A DNA stretch of 64,000 nucleotides from Squalus acanthias (taxonomy: Eukaryota): assembly GCA_030390025.1 (NCBI GenBank), contig CM059434.1, positions 95,108,001 to 95,172,000 of the forward strand. The letters run 5' to 3'. The notes beneath the pieces are model-generated. The model had not been told where the DNA came from, did not search any database, and worked only from the letters and a program-made list of their open reading frames with translations. Positions 1-12,300 of this stretch are shown here, piece by piece. Both the position numbers and the translations under genes were made by a program. Numbering within the stretch: position 1 is the stretch's first letter; each line of letters opens with the position of its first letter.

Positions 1-268
1 TTTGTCTATTGTCCAGTAAGTTAAAATAGTTCTTTTGAAACACAACCAATTATGCAAATGTTGTCTCGCTATTTTCATGTTTATGTTTGTTTTTTATTAC
101 TTGACAAAGGAGAAAAAAGTTGACCTAGTTAGTAGCTGTAGTGAAACATTTTCCTCATTCTTTGCACTTTAGTATCAATAAAATAACCAACTGGTGAAAC
201 TCTCTCAATACTGCAGGAGTTCATGTTTGAGTGCTGTGGTTTTGAATGTTTTTCTTTTTCTTCCTAAG

Positions 269-328
269 TGACGACTACAACAAAAGGGACAACAACCACA
301 CCTATTATTGTTGTCACTACTACACCGG
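269..328 (+). CDS. PTS exon class A (60 nt, VTTTTKGTTTTPIIVVTTTP)
   Basis: ttcctaag|TG...CCGG|gtaagt. Copies start at 269, 2582, 4897, 11246, 20544, 25826, 39379. The acceptor is AAG only. Confidence 0.72.
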
Positions 329-3300
329 GTAAGTGTTGTCTGCTTTCAATATACACCAACAAGTCTCTTCACACTAGTGTGTTTTCCTCAAATTCAGCTT
401 TCAGGCAATGTCAGTCCATTAGTTCAGTCTTGCAGACCCTTGCTTTTATTGGAAAATGGGCGACATCTGAATCTGCAATTAGTTTTTTCAACATCATTTG
501 TGCAGAAAGTGTAATTAAATAGTCTCATCGAGGAACTCTACAGGAATACTAAAGGAAGTTACGTTATAGTGCAGTGATTTTGATTAATTTTTCTTGTTCA
601 GAAGGAATCACCACGACAGTAAAAGCAACTACAACTGGGTCCACTACTGGCTCCACACCGGGTGAGTGAGGGCTTCTTTTGATATCCAGTAGCAAGACCA
701 GTGACACAAGTTATCTTGTTTCAACAACTCCCAGACTGTGGAAATCCATGAATTCACTCCTTGTAGATATTTAGCCAATTTTTCTAGGGGAATTGGTTGA
801 CAACTTAACCATATGGATAAAGATAGATCAGAGGCTGTGCTGAGGACAAATGCTGTGTCCATATTTGTGCCGCCTCTGTCTCTCTTAGTCTCAGCTTAAT
901 CACCAACCTTTACTCAAGGTTTTGGCAATATTTCTCTGACTTTTGAATGAAACGTTGAATTTGCATTCCATGTTGATGGTGGTATTGTTCATACTTTCAA
1001 ATTCCAATAGCTGCATTGCCAAATATTGTCAAAGGATGATCCTCTGACATGTTGTGGTTGTTAATAGTCTTGCTTTTCTTCTTTTGTCCAGTACCTTGAA
1101 ATAGTTCTTTTGATACACAACAAATTATGCAAATATTTTCTTGCCACTCTCATGTTTATGTTGTTCTTCTCTACTTGACAGAGGAGAAAAAAGAGATCTA
1201 GTTAGTCACTCGTAAAATAATTTTCTCATTCTTTGCCCTTTATTATCAATAAAACAGCCAACTCTATTAGTACTGAGGGATTTAAATTTGATTGCTGTGT
1301 TTTGAATATTTTTCCTGTTTGTTCAGAAGTGTTGACTACAACAAAAGGGACAACAACCACACCTATTATTGTTGACACTACCACACCGGGTAAGTGATGT
1401 CTGCTTTCAATATACACCAACAAGTCTCTTCACACTAGTGTGCTTTCCTCAAATTCATGCTTTCAGGCAATGTCAGTCCATTAGTCCAGTCTTGCAGTCT
1501 TATCTTTTGACAGAAAATGGTTGAAAATTTAAGGACATCTGAATCTGCAGTTAGTTTTTCAACATCACTTTTGTAGCAACAGCAATAAAATAGTCTTACC
1601 GAAGAGATCTACAGGAATGCTATAGTTACGTTGCATTGAACTGGTTTCGATTATTTTTCTTGTTCTTCAGAAGGAATCACAACAACTGTGAAAACAACTA
1701 CAACCGGGTCCACTACTGGCTCCACACCGGGTGAGTGAGGGCTTCTTTTGATATAAAGTAGCAAGACCAGTGACACAAGTTATCTTGTTTCAACAACTCC
1801 AGACAGTGGAAGTCCATTACTTCACCCCTTAGAAAACATAGAACATTGAAAAATAGGAGCAGGAGTAGGCCATTCGGCCCTTCGAGCCTGCTCCGCCATT
1901 CAATATGATCATGGCTGATCCTCTATCTCAATACCATATTCCCGCTCTCTCCCCATACCCCTTGATGCCTTTTTTATCTAGAAATCTGTCTATCTTGTAG
2001 ATATTTAGCTCATTCCTTTCAGAGGGAAATGATTGACAACTTAACTGTATGGATAAACCAAGATCAGAGGCTGTGCTGAGGAGAAATGCTGTGTCCATAT
2101 TTGTTCTGCCTCTGACTCTCATACTCTATGCTTCCTCACCAACCTTTACTCAAAGTTTTGGCAATATTTTTCTGACTTTTGAATGAAATGTATAATTTGC
2201 ATTTCATGTTGATGGTGGTATTGTGCATACTTTCAAATTCCAATAGAAGCATTATCAAATATTTTCAAAGGATGATCCCCTTGACATGTTGTGGATGTTA
2301 ATTTTCTTCCCTTTTTGTCTATTGTCCAGTAAGTTAAAATAGTTCTTTTGAAACACAACCAATTATGCAAATGTTGTCTCGCTATTTTCATGTTTATGTT
2401 TGTTTTTTATTACTTGACAAAGGAGAAAAAAGTTGACCTAGTTAGTAGCTGTAGTGAAACATTTTCCTCATTCTTTGCACTTTAGTATCAATAAAATAAC
2501 CAACTGGTGAAACTCTCTCAATACTGCAGGAGTTCATGTTTGAGTGCTGTGGTTTTGAATGTTTTTCTTTTTCTTCCTAAGTGACGACTACAACAAAAGG
2601 GACAACAACCACACCTATTATTGTTGTCACTACTACACCGGGTAAGTGTTGTCTGCTTTCAATATACACCAACAAGTCTCTTCACACTAGTGTGTTTTCC
2701 TCAAATTCAGCTTTCAGGCAATGTCAGTCCATTAGTTCAGTCTTGCAGACCCTTGCTTTTATTGGAAAATGGGCGACATCTGAATCTGCAATTAGTTTTT
2801 TCAACATCATTTGTGCAGAAAGTGTAATTAAATAGTCTCATCGAGGAACTCTACAGGAATACTAAAGGAAGTTACGTTATAGTGCAGTGATTTTGATTAA
2901 TTTTTCTTGTTCAGAAGGAATCACCACGACAGTAAAAGCAACTACAACTGGGTCCACTACTGGCTCCACACCGGGTGAGTGAGGGCTTCTTTTGATATCC
3001 AGTAGCAAGACCAGTGACACAAGTTATCTTGTTTCAACAACTCCCAGACTGTGGAAATCCATGAATTCACTCCTTGTAGATATTTAGCCAATTTTTCTAG
3101 GGGAATTGGTTGACAACTTAACCATATGGATAAAGATAGATCAGAGGCTGTGCTGAGGACAAATGCTGTGTCCATATTTGTGCCGCCTCTGTCTCTCTTA
3201 GTCTCAGCTTAATCACCAACTTTTACTCAAGGTTTTGGCAATATTTCTCTGACTTTTGAATGAAACGTTGAATTTGCATTCCATGTTGATGGTGGTATTG

Positions 3301-6300
3301 TTCATACTTTCAAATTCCAATAGCTGCATTGCCAAATATTGTCAAAGGATGATCCTCTGACATGTTGTGGTTGTTAATAGTCTTGCTTTTCTTCTTTTGT
3401 CCAGTACCTTGAAATAGTTCTTTTGATACACAACAAATTATGCAAATATTTTCTTGCCACTCTCATGTTTATGTTGTTCTTCTCTACTTGACAGAGGAGA
3501 AAAAAAGAGATCTAGTTAGTCACTCGTAAAATAATTTTCTCATTCTTTGCCCTTTATTATCAATAAAACAGCCAACTCTATTAGTACTGAGGGATTTAAA
3601 TTTGATTGCTGTGTTTTGAATATTTTTCCTGTTTGTTCAGAAGTGTTGACTACAACAAAAGGGACAACAACCACACCTATTATTACTGACACTACCACAC
3701 CGGGTAAGTGATGTCTGCTTTCAATATACACCAACAAGTCTCTTCACACTAGTGTGCTTTCCTCAAATTCATGCTTTCAGGCAATGTCAGTCCATTAGTC
3801 CAGTCTTGCAGTCTTATCTTTTGACAGAAAATGGTTGAAAATTTAAGGACATCTGAATCTGCAGTTAGTTTTTCAACATCACTTTTGTAGCAACAGCAAT
3901 AAAATAGTCTTACCGAAGAGATCTACAGGAATGCTATAGTTACGTTGCATTGAACTGCTTTCGATTATTTTTCTTGTTCTTCAGAAGGAATCACAACAAC
4001 TGTGAAAACAACTACAACCGGGTCCACTACTGGCTCCACACCGGGTGAGTGAGGGCTTCTTTTGATATAAAGTAGCAAGACCAGTGACACAAGTTATCTT
4101 GTTTCAACAACTCCCAGACAGTGGAAGTCCATTACTTCACCCCTTAGAAAACATAGAACATTGAAAAATAGGAGCAGGAGTAGGCCATTCGGCCCTTCGA
4201 GCCTGCTCCGCCATTCAATATGATCATGGCTGATCCTCTATCTCAATACCATATTCCCGCTCTCTCCCCATACCCCTTGATGCCTTTTTTATCTAGAAAT
4301 CTGTCTATCTTGTAGATATTTAGCTCATTCCTTTCAGAGGGAAATGATTGACAACTTAACTGTATGGATAAACCAAGATCAGAGGCTGTGCTGAGGAGAA
4401 ATGCTGTGTCCATATTTGTTCTGCCTCTGACTCTCTTACTCTATGCTTCCTCACCAACCTTTACTCAAAGTTTTGGCAATATTTTTCTGACTTTTGAATG
4501 AAATGTATAATTTGCATTTCATGTTGATGGTGGTATTGTGCATACTTTCAAATTCCAATAGAAGCATTATCAAATATTTTCAAAGGATGATCCCCTTGAC
4601 ATGTTGTGGATGTTAATTTTCTTCCCTTTTTGTCTATTGTCCAGTAAGTTAAAATAGTTCTTTTGAAACACAACCAATTATGCAAATGTTGTCTCGCTAT
4701 TTTCATGTTTATGTTTGTTTTTTATTACTTGACAAAGGAGAAAAAAGTTGACCTAGTTAGTAGCTGTAGTGAAACATTTTCCTCATTCTTTTCACTTTAG
4801 TATCAATAAAATAACCAACTGGTGAAACTCTCTCAATACTGCAGGAGTTCATGTTTGAGTGCTGTGGTTTTGAATGTTTTTATTTTTCTTCCTAAGTGAC
4901 GACTACAACAAAAGGGACAACAACCACACCTATTATTGTTGTCACTACTACACCGGGTAAGTGTTGTCTGCTTTCAATATACACCAACAAGTCTCTTCAC
5001 ACTAGTGTGTTTTCCTCAAATTCAGCTTTCAGGCAATGTCAGTCCATTAGTTCAGTCTTGCAGACCCTTGCTTTTATTGGAAAATGGGCGACATCTGAAT
5101 CTGCAATTAGTTTTTTCAACATCACTTGTGCAGAAGGTGTAATTAAATAGTCTTATGGAGGAACTCTACAGGAATACTATAGGAATTTACATTATAGTGT
5201 AGTGGTTTTGATTAATTGTTCTTGTTCTTCAGAAGGAATCACAACAACAGTAAAAGCAACTACAACCGGGTCCACTACTGGCTCCACACCGGGTGAGTGA
5301 GGGCTTCTTTTGCTATCCAGTAGCAAGACCAGTGACACAAGTTATCTTGTTTCAACAACTCCCTGACTGTGGAAATCCATGAATTCACTCCTTGTAGATA
5401 TTTAGCCAATTTTTCTAGGGGGAAATGGTTGACAACTTAACCATATGGATAAAGATAGATCAGAGGCTGTGCTGAGGACAAATGCTGTGTCCATATTTGT
5501 GCCGCCTCTGTCTCTCTTCGTCTCAGCTTAATCACCAACTTTTACTCAAGGTTTTGGCAATATTTCTCTGACTTTTGAATGAAACGTTGAATTTGCATTC
5601 CATGTTGATGGTGGTATTGTTCATACTTTCAAATTCCAATAGCTGCATTGTCAAATATTGTCAAAGGATGATCCTCTGACATGTTGTGGTTGTTAATAGT
5701 CTTGCTTTTCTTCTTTTGTCCAGTACCTTGAAATAGTTCTTTTGATACACAACAAATTATGCAAATATTTTCTTGCCACTCTCATGTTTATGTTGTTCTT
5801 CTCTACTTGACAGAGGAGAAAAAAAGAGATCTAGTTAGTCACTCGTAAAATAATTTTCTCATTCTTTGCCCTTTATTATCAATAAAACAGCCAACTCTAT
5901 TAGTACTGAGGGATTTAAATTTGATTGCTGTGTTTTGAATATTTTTCCTGTTTGTTCAGAAGTGTTGACTACAACAAAAGGGACAACAACCACACCTATT
6001 ATTACTGACACTACCACACCGGGTAAGTGATGTCTGCTTTCAATATACACCAACAAGTCTCTTCACACTAGTGTGCTTTCCTCAAATTCATGCTTTCAGG
6101 CAATGTCAGTCCATTAGTTCAATCTTGTAGTCTTATCTTTTGACAGAAAATGGTTGAAAATTTAAGGACATCTGAATCTGCAGTTAGTTTTTCAACATCA
6201 CTTTTGTAGCAACAGCAATAAAATAGTCTTATAGAGGAAATCTACAGGAATACTATAGCCCAGAAATTAGGCTCCCTGGCTTCCCGCGGGTGCAAGGATC

Positions 6301-9300
6301 CCGCGCGCACCTACCTACCGCGCCTGCCGTTGACCTCTGGGCCCACGGGGACTTCAGCTCCTGGGCCTCCTGCAGCTGCAGGCGCGCAGTGCTTGTGTAT
6401 CCCGGGGCGTAGTTAGTGCGATGCGTCCCCTGGGATCACGTGGGCCATGGAGAGCCAATGGCAGCAGACCATCTTTCATTCATAGATTTGACAGGACCTG
6501 TCAAATCTATGAATTGAAATCAGCCCCAAAACAACACCTAAACTTCAAATAATTTTTTTAAAAAACCATCACATTTTTAAAATAACTATAAGTTAAATAA
6601 ATTAACTACTTTAAACAAAAATTTAAATTTTTGAAAAAGTTAAAATACTTTTTAACAGTGCTAAAAATAAACTTACCTTTCTTTAAAGTATCTAAAAAAG
6701 ATAAACCTGTTGAAATTTTTTTTAAATTGTAATTAATTAACCACTTACCTTGTTAAAAACGGGTCTTGTGCCTCCTTTTTAAAAGCGCAGCTTCTTCCAT
6801 ACTTACCTTCCCGGAGAAACCTGAAAAAAAAACTAAGTTCGCTGCGTGCGCGCAGCCTCTCCCGCGCACGCGGTTCACCTCTCAACCCCTCCCTTCACGA
6901 GACCGGAAGTTCCGGTTTCCCGCGCATGCGCAGTGCATGCAGGAAACCGGCACTTCAGGATGCCTTATGGGTGAGCACACAGCGCGTACTCACCCGGCAA
7001 GTGCCTAATTTTTGGCCCTATAGGTATTTACGTTGTATTGACCTCGTTTCGATTATTTTTCTTGTTCTACAGAAGGAATCACAACAACAGTGGAAACAAC
7101 TACAACCGGGTCCACTACTGGCTCCACACCGGGTGAGTGAGGGCTTCTTTCAATATAAAGTAGCAAGACCAGTGACAAGTTATCTTGTTTCAACAGCTCC
7201 CAGACAGTGGAGTCTCTGCTTACTCACTAACGTTTACTTAACTTTTTTGTAATATTTTATTGTCTTTTGAATGAAATGCACAATTTACAATTCATGTTGC
7301 TAGGGATACTCTGCATACTTCCAAATTCCAATACAATCATTATCAAATCTTGTCAGAGGATGCTCGCTGACACGTTGTGGCCGTTAATATTCTTTCCTAT
7401 TTTCTTTTGTCCAGTAACTTGAAAGAGTTCTTTTGAAACACAACCAATTATGCAAATGCTGCTTTGTCAGACTCGTGTTAATGTTTGCACTTTAGTATTT
7501 GAAGTAAGGAGACCTAGTTAGTAGCTGTAGTCAATAATTTCCTCATTCTTTATGCCCGTTTCTCAATAAAATAACCTAGCGGTGGAACTCTATTAATACT
7601 GCTGGATTTGCAGTCGGAATGCAGCGGTTTAAAATTTTTTTTTCTTCAGAAGTGACGACTACAACAAAAGGAACAACCACAACTGTGTCTACTGCCAGTT
7701 CTACAACTGGTAAGTGATGGTTTCTTTCAATATAGACTAGCAAGTCTTTTGACACAAGTGTGCTTTTTTCAACTTTGGCGAAGAAAATGCCAGGCCATCA
7801 GTTCAGTCCTGTAGACCTGTAGCCCATTCCTTTGGGATGGAATTACTTGAGAAGTTCAGAACATCTCAATCTGCAAGCAATGGCACTTTCACAAGAATTA
7901 CAGAAGCAGTTTTGTGTAAACCTCTCCCCTAACAGCTTGTCCCAGGCGAAGAATAAAACAGTTATGTTTTAACAGTTGCAACTGTAAAATTCCTCTCTTC
8001 TGGCCACCTCTGTCTCATTTAGTCTCTACTTATTCTCACACTCAACTTTTTTACGACATTTTTTCGACCTGCTAATAAAATGTACAATTTGTACGTCACG
8101 CTGATGCTCGTGGGCTGCATACTTCTAAATTCCAAATATTGTCAAATGTTGTTCCCTTGACATGTTGTGGTTGCTCATATTGTGACTATTACCGTTTTGG
8201 TCCAGTAGTATGAAAGACTTCTTTTGAAACACTCTGCAACTGCTGCCTTGCTGCTCTCATATTTATGTTTCCTATTTTTGGTTGGATCATGAGGGTCTAA
8301 TATGTTCTCCTCCTTTTCTGTTACAGAGGTCGTCTGCCATGGCGAATGGTCCCCCTGGTTTAATGAACACACACCTTCTAATGACAGCCCGGGCGATTCT
8401 GAATTACTAGACCGCCTAAGCAATAAATACTGTTCTTCCCCTTTTGATGACATTAGTAACATTCAGTGTCAGTTTGTTGGTGAACCTGAGAGGCCAATAA
8501 GCGAGTCACCAGACAATGTGACGTGCGACAAAGACACAGGGCTCACCTGTATAGTCTCGGAAAGTGCTTTGCAGGAGTCCAAGCTTTGTTTTGACTACAA
8601 AATTCGAGTTTGCTGCGAGAAAAAAACACCAGAGACCACAACAACCAGCAGTACAACCACGGCTTCTGGTAAATGAGAAACTTATGTACGAGTTAATAAT
8701 GTCTCCCATACGTTAAATCAAAGCTGACGTTTTACATCAAGCAGTCAAAGGAGTTAGGATATCTAGTTAGTAGCTGTAGTTAACAATTTCCTCATCATTT
8801 GTGCCTTAGTATCAATAAAATAGCCTAATGGTGAAATTCTCAATACTGCAGGATTTGAAATTAGAGTTCAGAGGTTTTGAATTTTTTGTTGTTTTTGTTC
8901 ACAAGTGGCGACTACAACAACAGAGACAACAACTACACCTGGTATTGCTGACACTACTACAACGGGTAAGTGATGTCTGCTTTCAATGTACACCAGCTAG
9001 TCTGTTTACACCAGTGTGCTTTTCTCAAATTCAGCTTTCAGACAAGGTCAGCCCATTAGTTCAGTCTTGTAGTCCCTCCCTCTTGGGTGAAAATGCTTGA
9101 AAATTTAAAGACATCTGAATCTGCAGTTAGTTTTTTCAACATCACTTGTGCAGAAGGTGTAATTAAATAGTCTTATGGAGGAACTCTACAGGAATACTAT
9201 AGGAATTTACATTATAGTGTAGTGGTTTTGATTAATTGTTCTTGTTCTTCAGAAGGAATCACAACAACAGTAAAAGCAACTACAACCGGGTCCACTACTG

Positions 9301-12300
9301 GCTCCACACCGGGTGAGTGAGGGCTTCTTTTGCTATCCAGTAGCAAGACCAGTGACACAAGTTATCTTGTTTCAACAACTCCCTGACTGTGGAAATCCAT
9401 GAATTCACTCCTTGTAGATATTTAGCCAATTTTTCTAGGGGGAAATGGTTGACAACTTAACCATATGGATAAAGATAGATCAGAGGCTGTGCTGAGGACA
9501 AATGCTGTGTCCATATTTGTGCCGCCTCTGTCTCTCTTCGTCTCAGCTTAATCACCAACTTTTACTCAAGGTTTTGGCAATATTTCTCTGACTTTTGAAT
9601 GAAACGTTGAATTTGCATTCCATGTTGATGGTGGTATTGTTCATACTTTCAAATTCCAATAGCTGCATTGTCAAATATTGTCAAAGGATGATCCTCTGAC
9701 ATGTTGTGGTTGTTAATAGTCTTGCTTTTCTTCTTTTGTCCAGTACCTTGAAATAGTTCTTTTGATACACAACAAATTATGCAAATATTTTCTTGCCACT
9801 CTCATGTTTATGTTGTTCTTCTCTACTTGACAGAGGAGAAAAAAAGAGATCTAGTTAGTCACTCGTAAAATAATTTTCTCATTCTTTGCCCTTTATTATC
9901 AATAAAACAGCCAACCGGTGAAACTCTATTAGTACTGAGGGATTTAAATTTGATTGCTGTGGTTTTGAATATTTTTCCTGTTTGTTCAGAAGTGTTGACT
10001 ACAACAAAAGGGACAACAACCACACCTATTATTGTTGACACTACTACACCGGGTAAGTGATGTCTGCTTTCAATATACACCAACAAGTCTCTTCACACTA
10101 GTGTGCTTTCCTCAAATTCATGCTTTCAGGCAATGTCAGTCCATTAGTTCAGTCTTGCAGTCTTATCTTTTGACAGAAAATGGTTGAAAATTTAAGGACA
10201 TCTGAATCTGCAGTTAGTTTTTCAACATCACTTTTGTAGCAACAGCAATAAAATAGTCTTATGGAAGAGATCTACAGGAATGCTATAGTTACGTTGCATT
10301 GAACTGCTTTCGATTATTTTTCTTGTTCTTCAGAAGGAATCACAACAACTGTGAAAACAACTACAACCGGGTCCACTACTGGCTCCACACCGGGTGAGTG
10401 AGGGCTTCTTTTGATATAAAGTAGCAAGACCAGTGACACAAGTTATCTTGTTTCAACAACTTCCAGACAGTGGAAGTCCATTACTTCACCCCTTAGAAAA
10501 CATAGAACATAGAAAAATAGGAGCAGGAGTAGGCCATTCGGCCCTTCGAGCCTGCTCCGCCATTCAATATGATCATGGCTGATCCTCTATCTCAATACCA
10601 TATTCCCGCTCTCTCCCCATACCCCTTGATGCCTTTTTTATCTAGAAATCTGTCTATCTTGTAGATATTTAGCTCATTCCTTTCAGAGGGAAATGATTGA
10701 CAACTTAACTGTATGGATAAACCAAGATCAGAGGCTGTGCTGAGGAGAAATGCTGTGTCCATATTTGTTCTGCCTCTGACTCTCTTACTCTCTGCTTCCT
10801 CACCAACCTTTACTCAAATTTTTGGCAATATTTTTCTGACTTTTGAATGAAATGTATAATTTGCATTTCATGTTGATGGTGGTATTGTGCATACTTTCAA
10901 ATTCCAATAGAAGCATTATCAAATATTTTCAAAGGATGATCCCCTTGACATGTTGTGGATGTTAATTTTCTTCCCTTTTTGTCTATTGTCCAGTAAGTTA
11001 AAATAGTTCTTTTGAAACACAACCAATTATGCAAATGTTGTCTCGCTATTTTCATGTTTATGTTTGTTTTTTATTACTTGACAAAGGAGAAAAAAGTTGA
11101 CCTAGTTAGTAGCTGTAGTGAAACATTTTCCTCATTCTTTGCACTTTAGTATCAATAAAATAGCCAACTGGTGAAACTCTCTCAGTACTGCAGGAGTTCA
11201 TGTTTGAGTGCTGTGGTTTTGAATGTTTTTATTTTTCTTCCTAAGTGACGACTACAACAAAAGGGACAACAACCACACCTATTATTGTTGTCACTACTAC
11301 ACCGGGTAAGTGATGTCTGCTTTCAATATACACCACAAGTCTCTTCACACTAGTGTGCTTTCCTCAAATTCATGCTTTCAGGCAATGTCAGTCCATTAGT
11401 TCAGTCTTGCAGTCTTATCTTTTGACAGAAAATGTTGAAAATTTAAGGACATCTGAATCTGCAGTTAGTTTTTCAACATCACTTTTGTAGCAACAGCAAT
11501 AAAATAGTCTTATAGAGGAAATCTACAGGAATACTATGGCCCAGAAATTAGGCTCCCTGGCTTCCCGCGGGTGCAAGGATCCCGCGCGCACCTACCTACT
11601 GCGCCTGCCGTTGACCTCTGGGCCCACGGGGACTTCAGCTCCTGGGCCTCCTGCAGCTGCAGGCGCGCAGTGCTTGTGTATCCCGGGGCGTAGTTAGTGC
11701 GATGCGTCCCCTGGGATCACGTGGGCCATGGAGAGCCAATGGCAGCAGACCATCTTTCATTCATAGATTTGACAGGACCTGTCAAATCTATGAATTGAAA
11801 TCAGCCCCAAAACAACACCTAAACTTCAAATAATTTTTTTTAAAAACCATCACATTTTTAAAATAACTATAAGTTAAATAAATTAACTACTTTAAACAAA
11901 AATTTAAATTTTTGAAAAAGTTAAAATACTTTTTAACAGTGCTAAAAATAAACTTACCTTTCTTTAAAGTATCTAAAAAAGATAAACCTGTTGAAATTTT
12001 TTTAAAATTGTAATTAATTAACCACTTACCTTGTTAAAAACGGGTCTTGTGCCTCCTTTTTAAAAGCGCAGCTTCTTCCATACTTACCTTCCCGGAGAAA
12101 CCTGAAAAAAAAACTAAGTTCGCTGCGTGCGCGCAGCCTCTCCCGCGCACGCGGTTCACCTCTCAACCCCTCCCTTCACGAGACCGGAAGTTCCGGTTTC
12201 CCGCGCATGCGCAGTGCATGCAGGAAACCGGCACTTCAGGATGCCTTATGGGTGAGCACACAGCGCGTACTCACCCGGCAAGTGCCTAATTTTTGGCCCT

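Larger units (their letters stand above)
1..6256 (+). repeat. Tandem exon-intron repeat, about 2.31 kb period (A-B-A'-B'), about 2.7 copies visible
   Basis: Near-identical ORFs recur at 268, 2581 and 4896 (periods 2313 and 2315). Confidence 0.95.

Noticed and set aside
6550-6725. Copy-to-copy differences in T/A homopolymer lengths as meaningful variation
   Set aside because: These cannot be distinguished from slippage or sequencing error without reads.
6799-6808. U1 snRNA gene or pseudogene
   Set aside because: Only 10 nt match; the following sequence does not resemble the U1 body.
6766-7252. Recurrent 80-aa and 108-aa ORFs (MCLLFK..., MRSACR...) as small genes
   Set aside because: They lie in the MITE end and cross its TIR and an exon out of frame. 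Their recurrence only reflects tandem duplication.
8302-8676. 124-aa ORF as a standalone secreted CysD protein
   Set aside because: The ATG is in the polypyrimidine tract, there is no signal peptide, and the stop follows a donor site. It is an internal exon.
8175-8709. Minus-strand 95-aa and 67-aa ORFs opposite CysD
   Set aside because: They are antisense shadows of a coding exon. One is broken in copy 10 by a change that is synonymous on the + strand.
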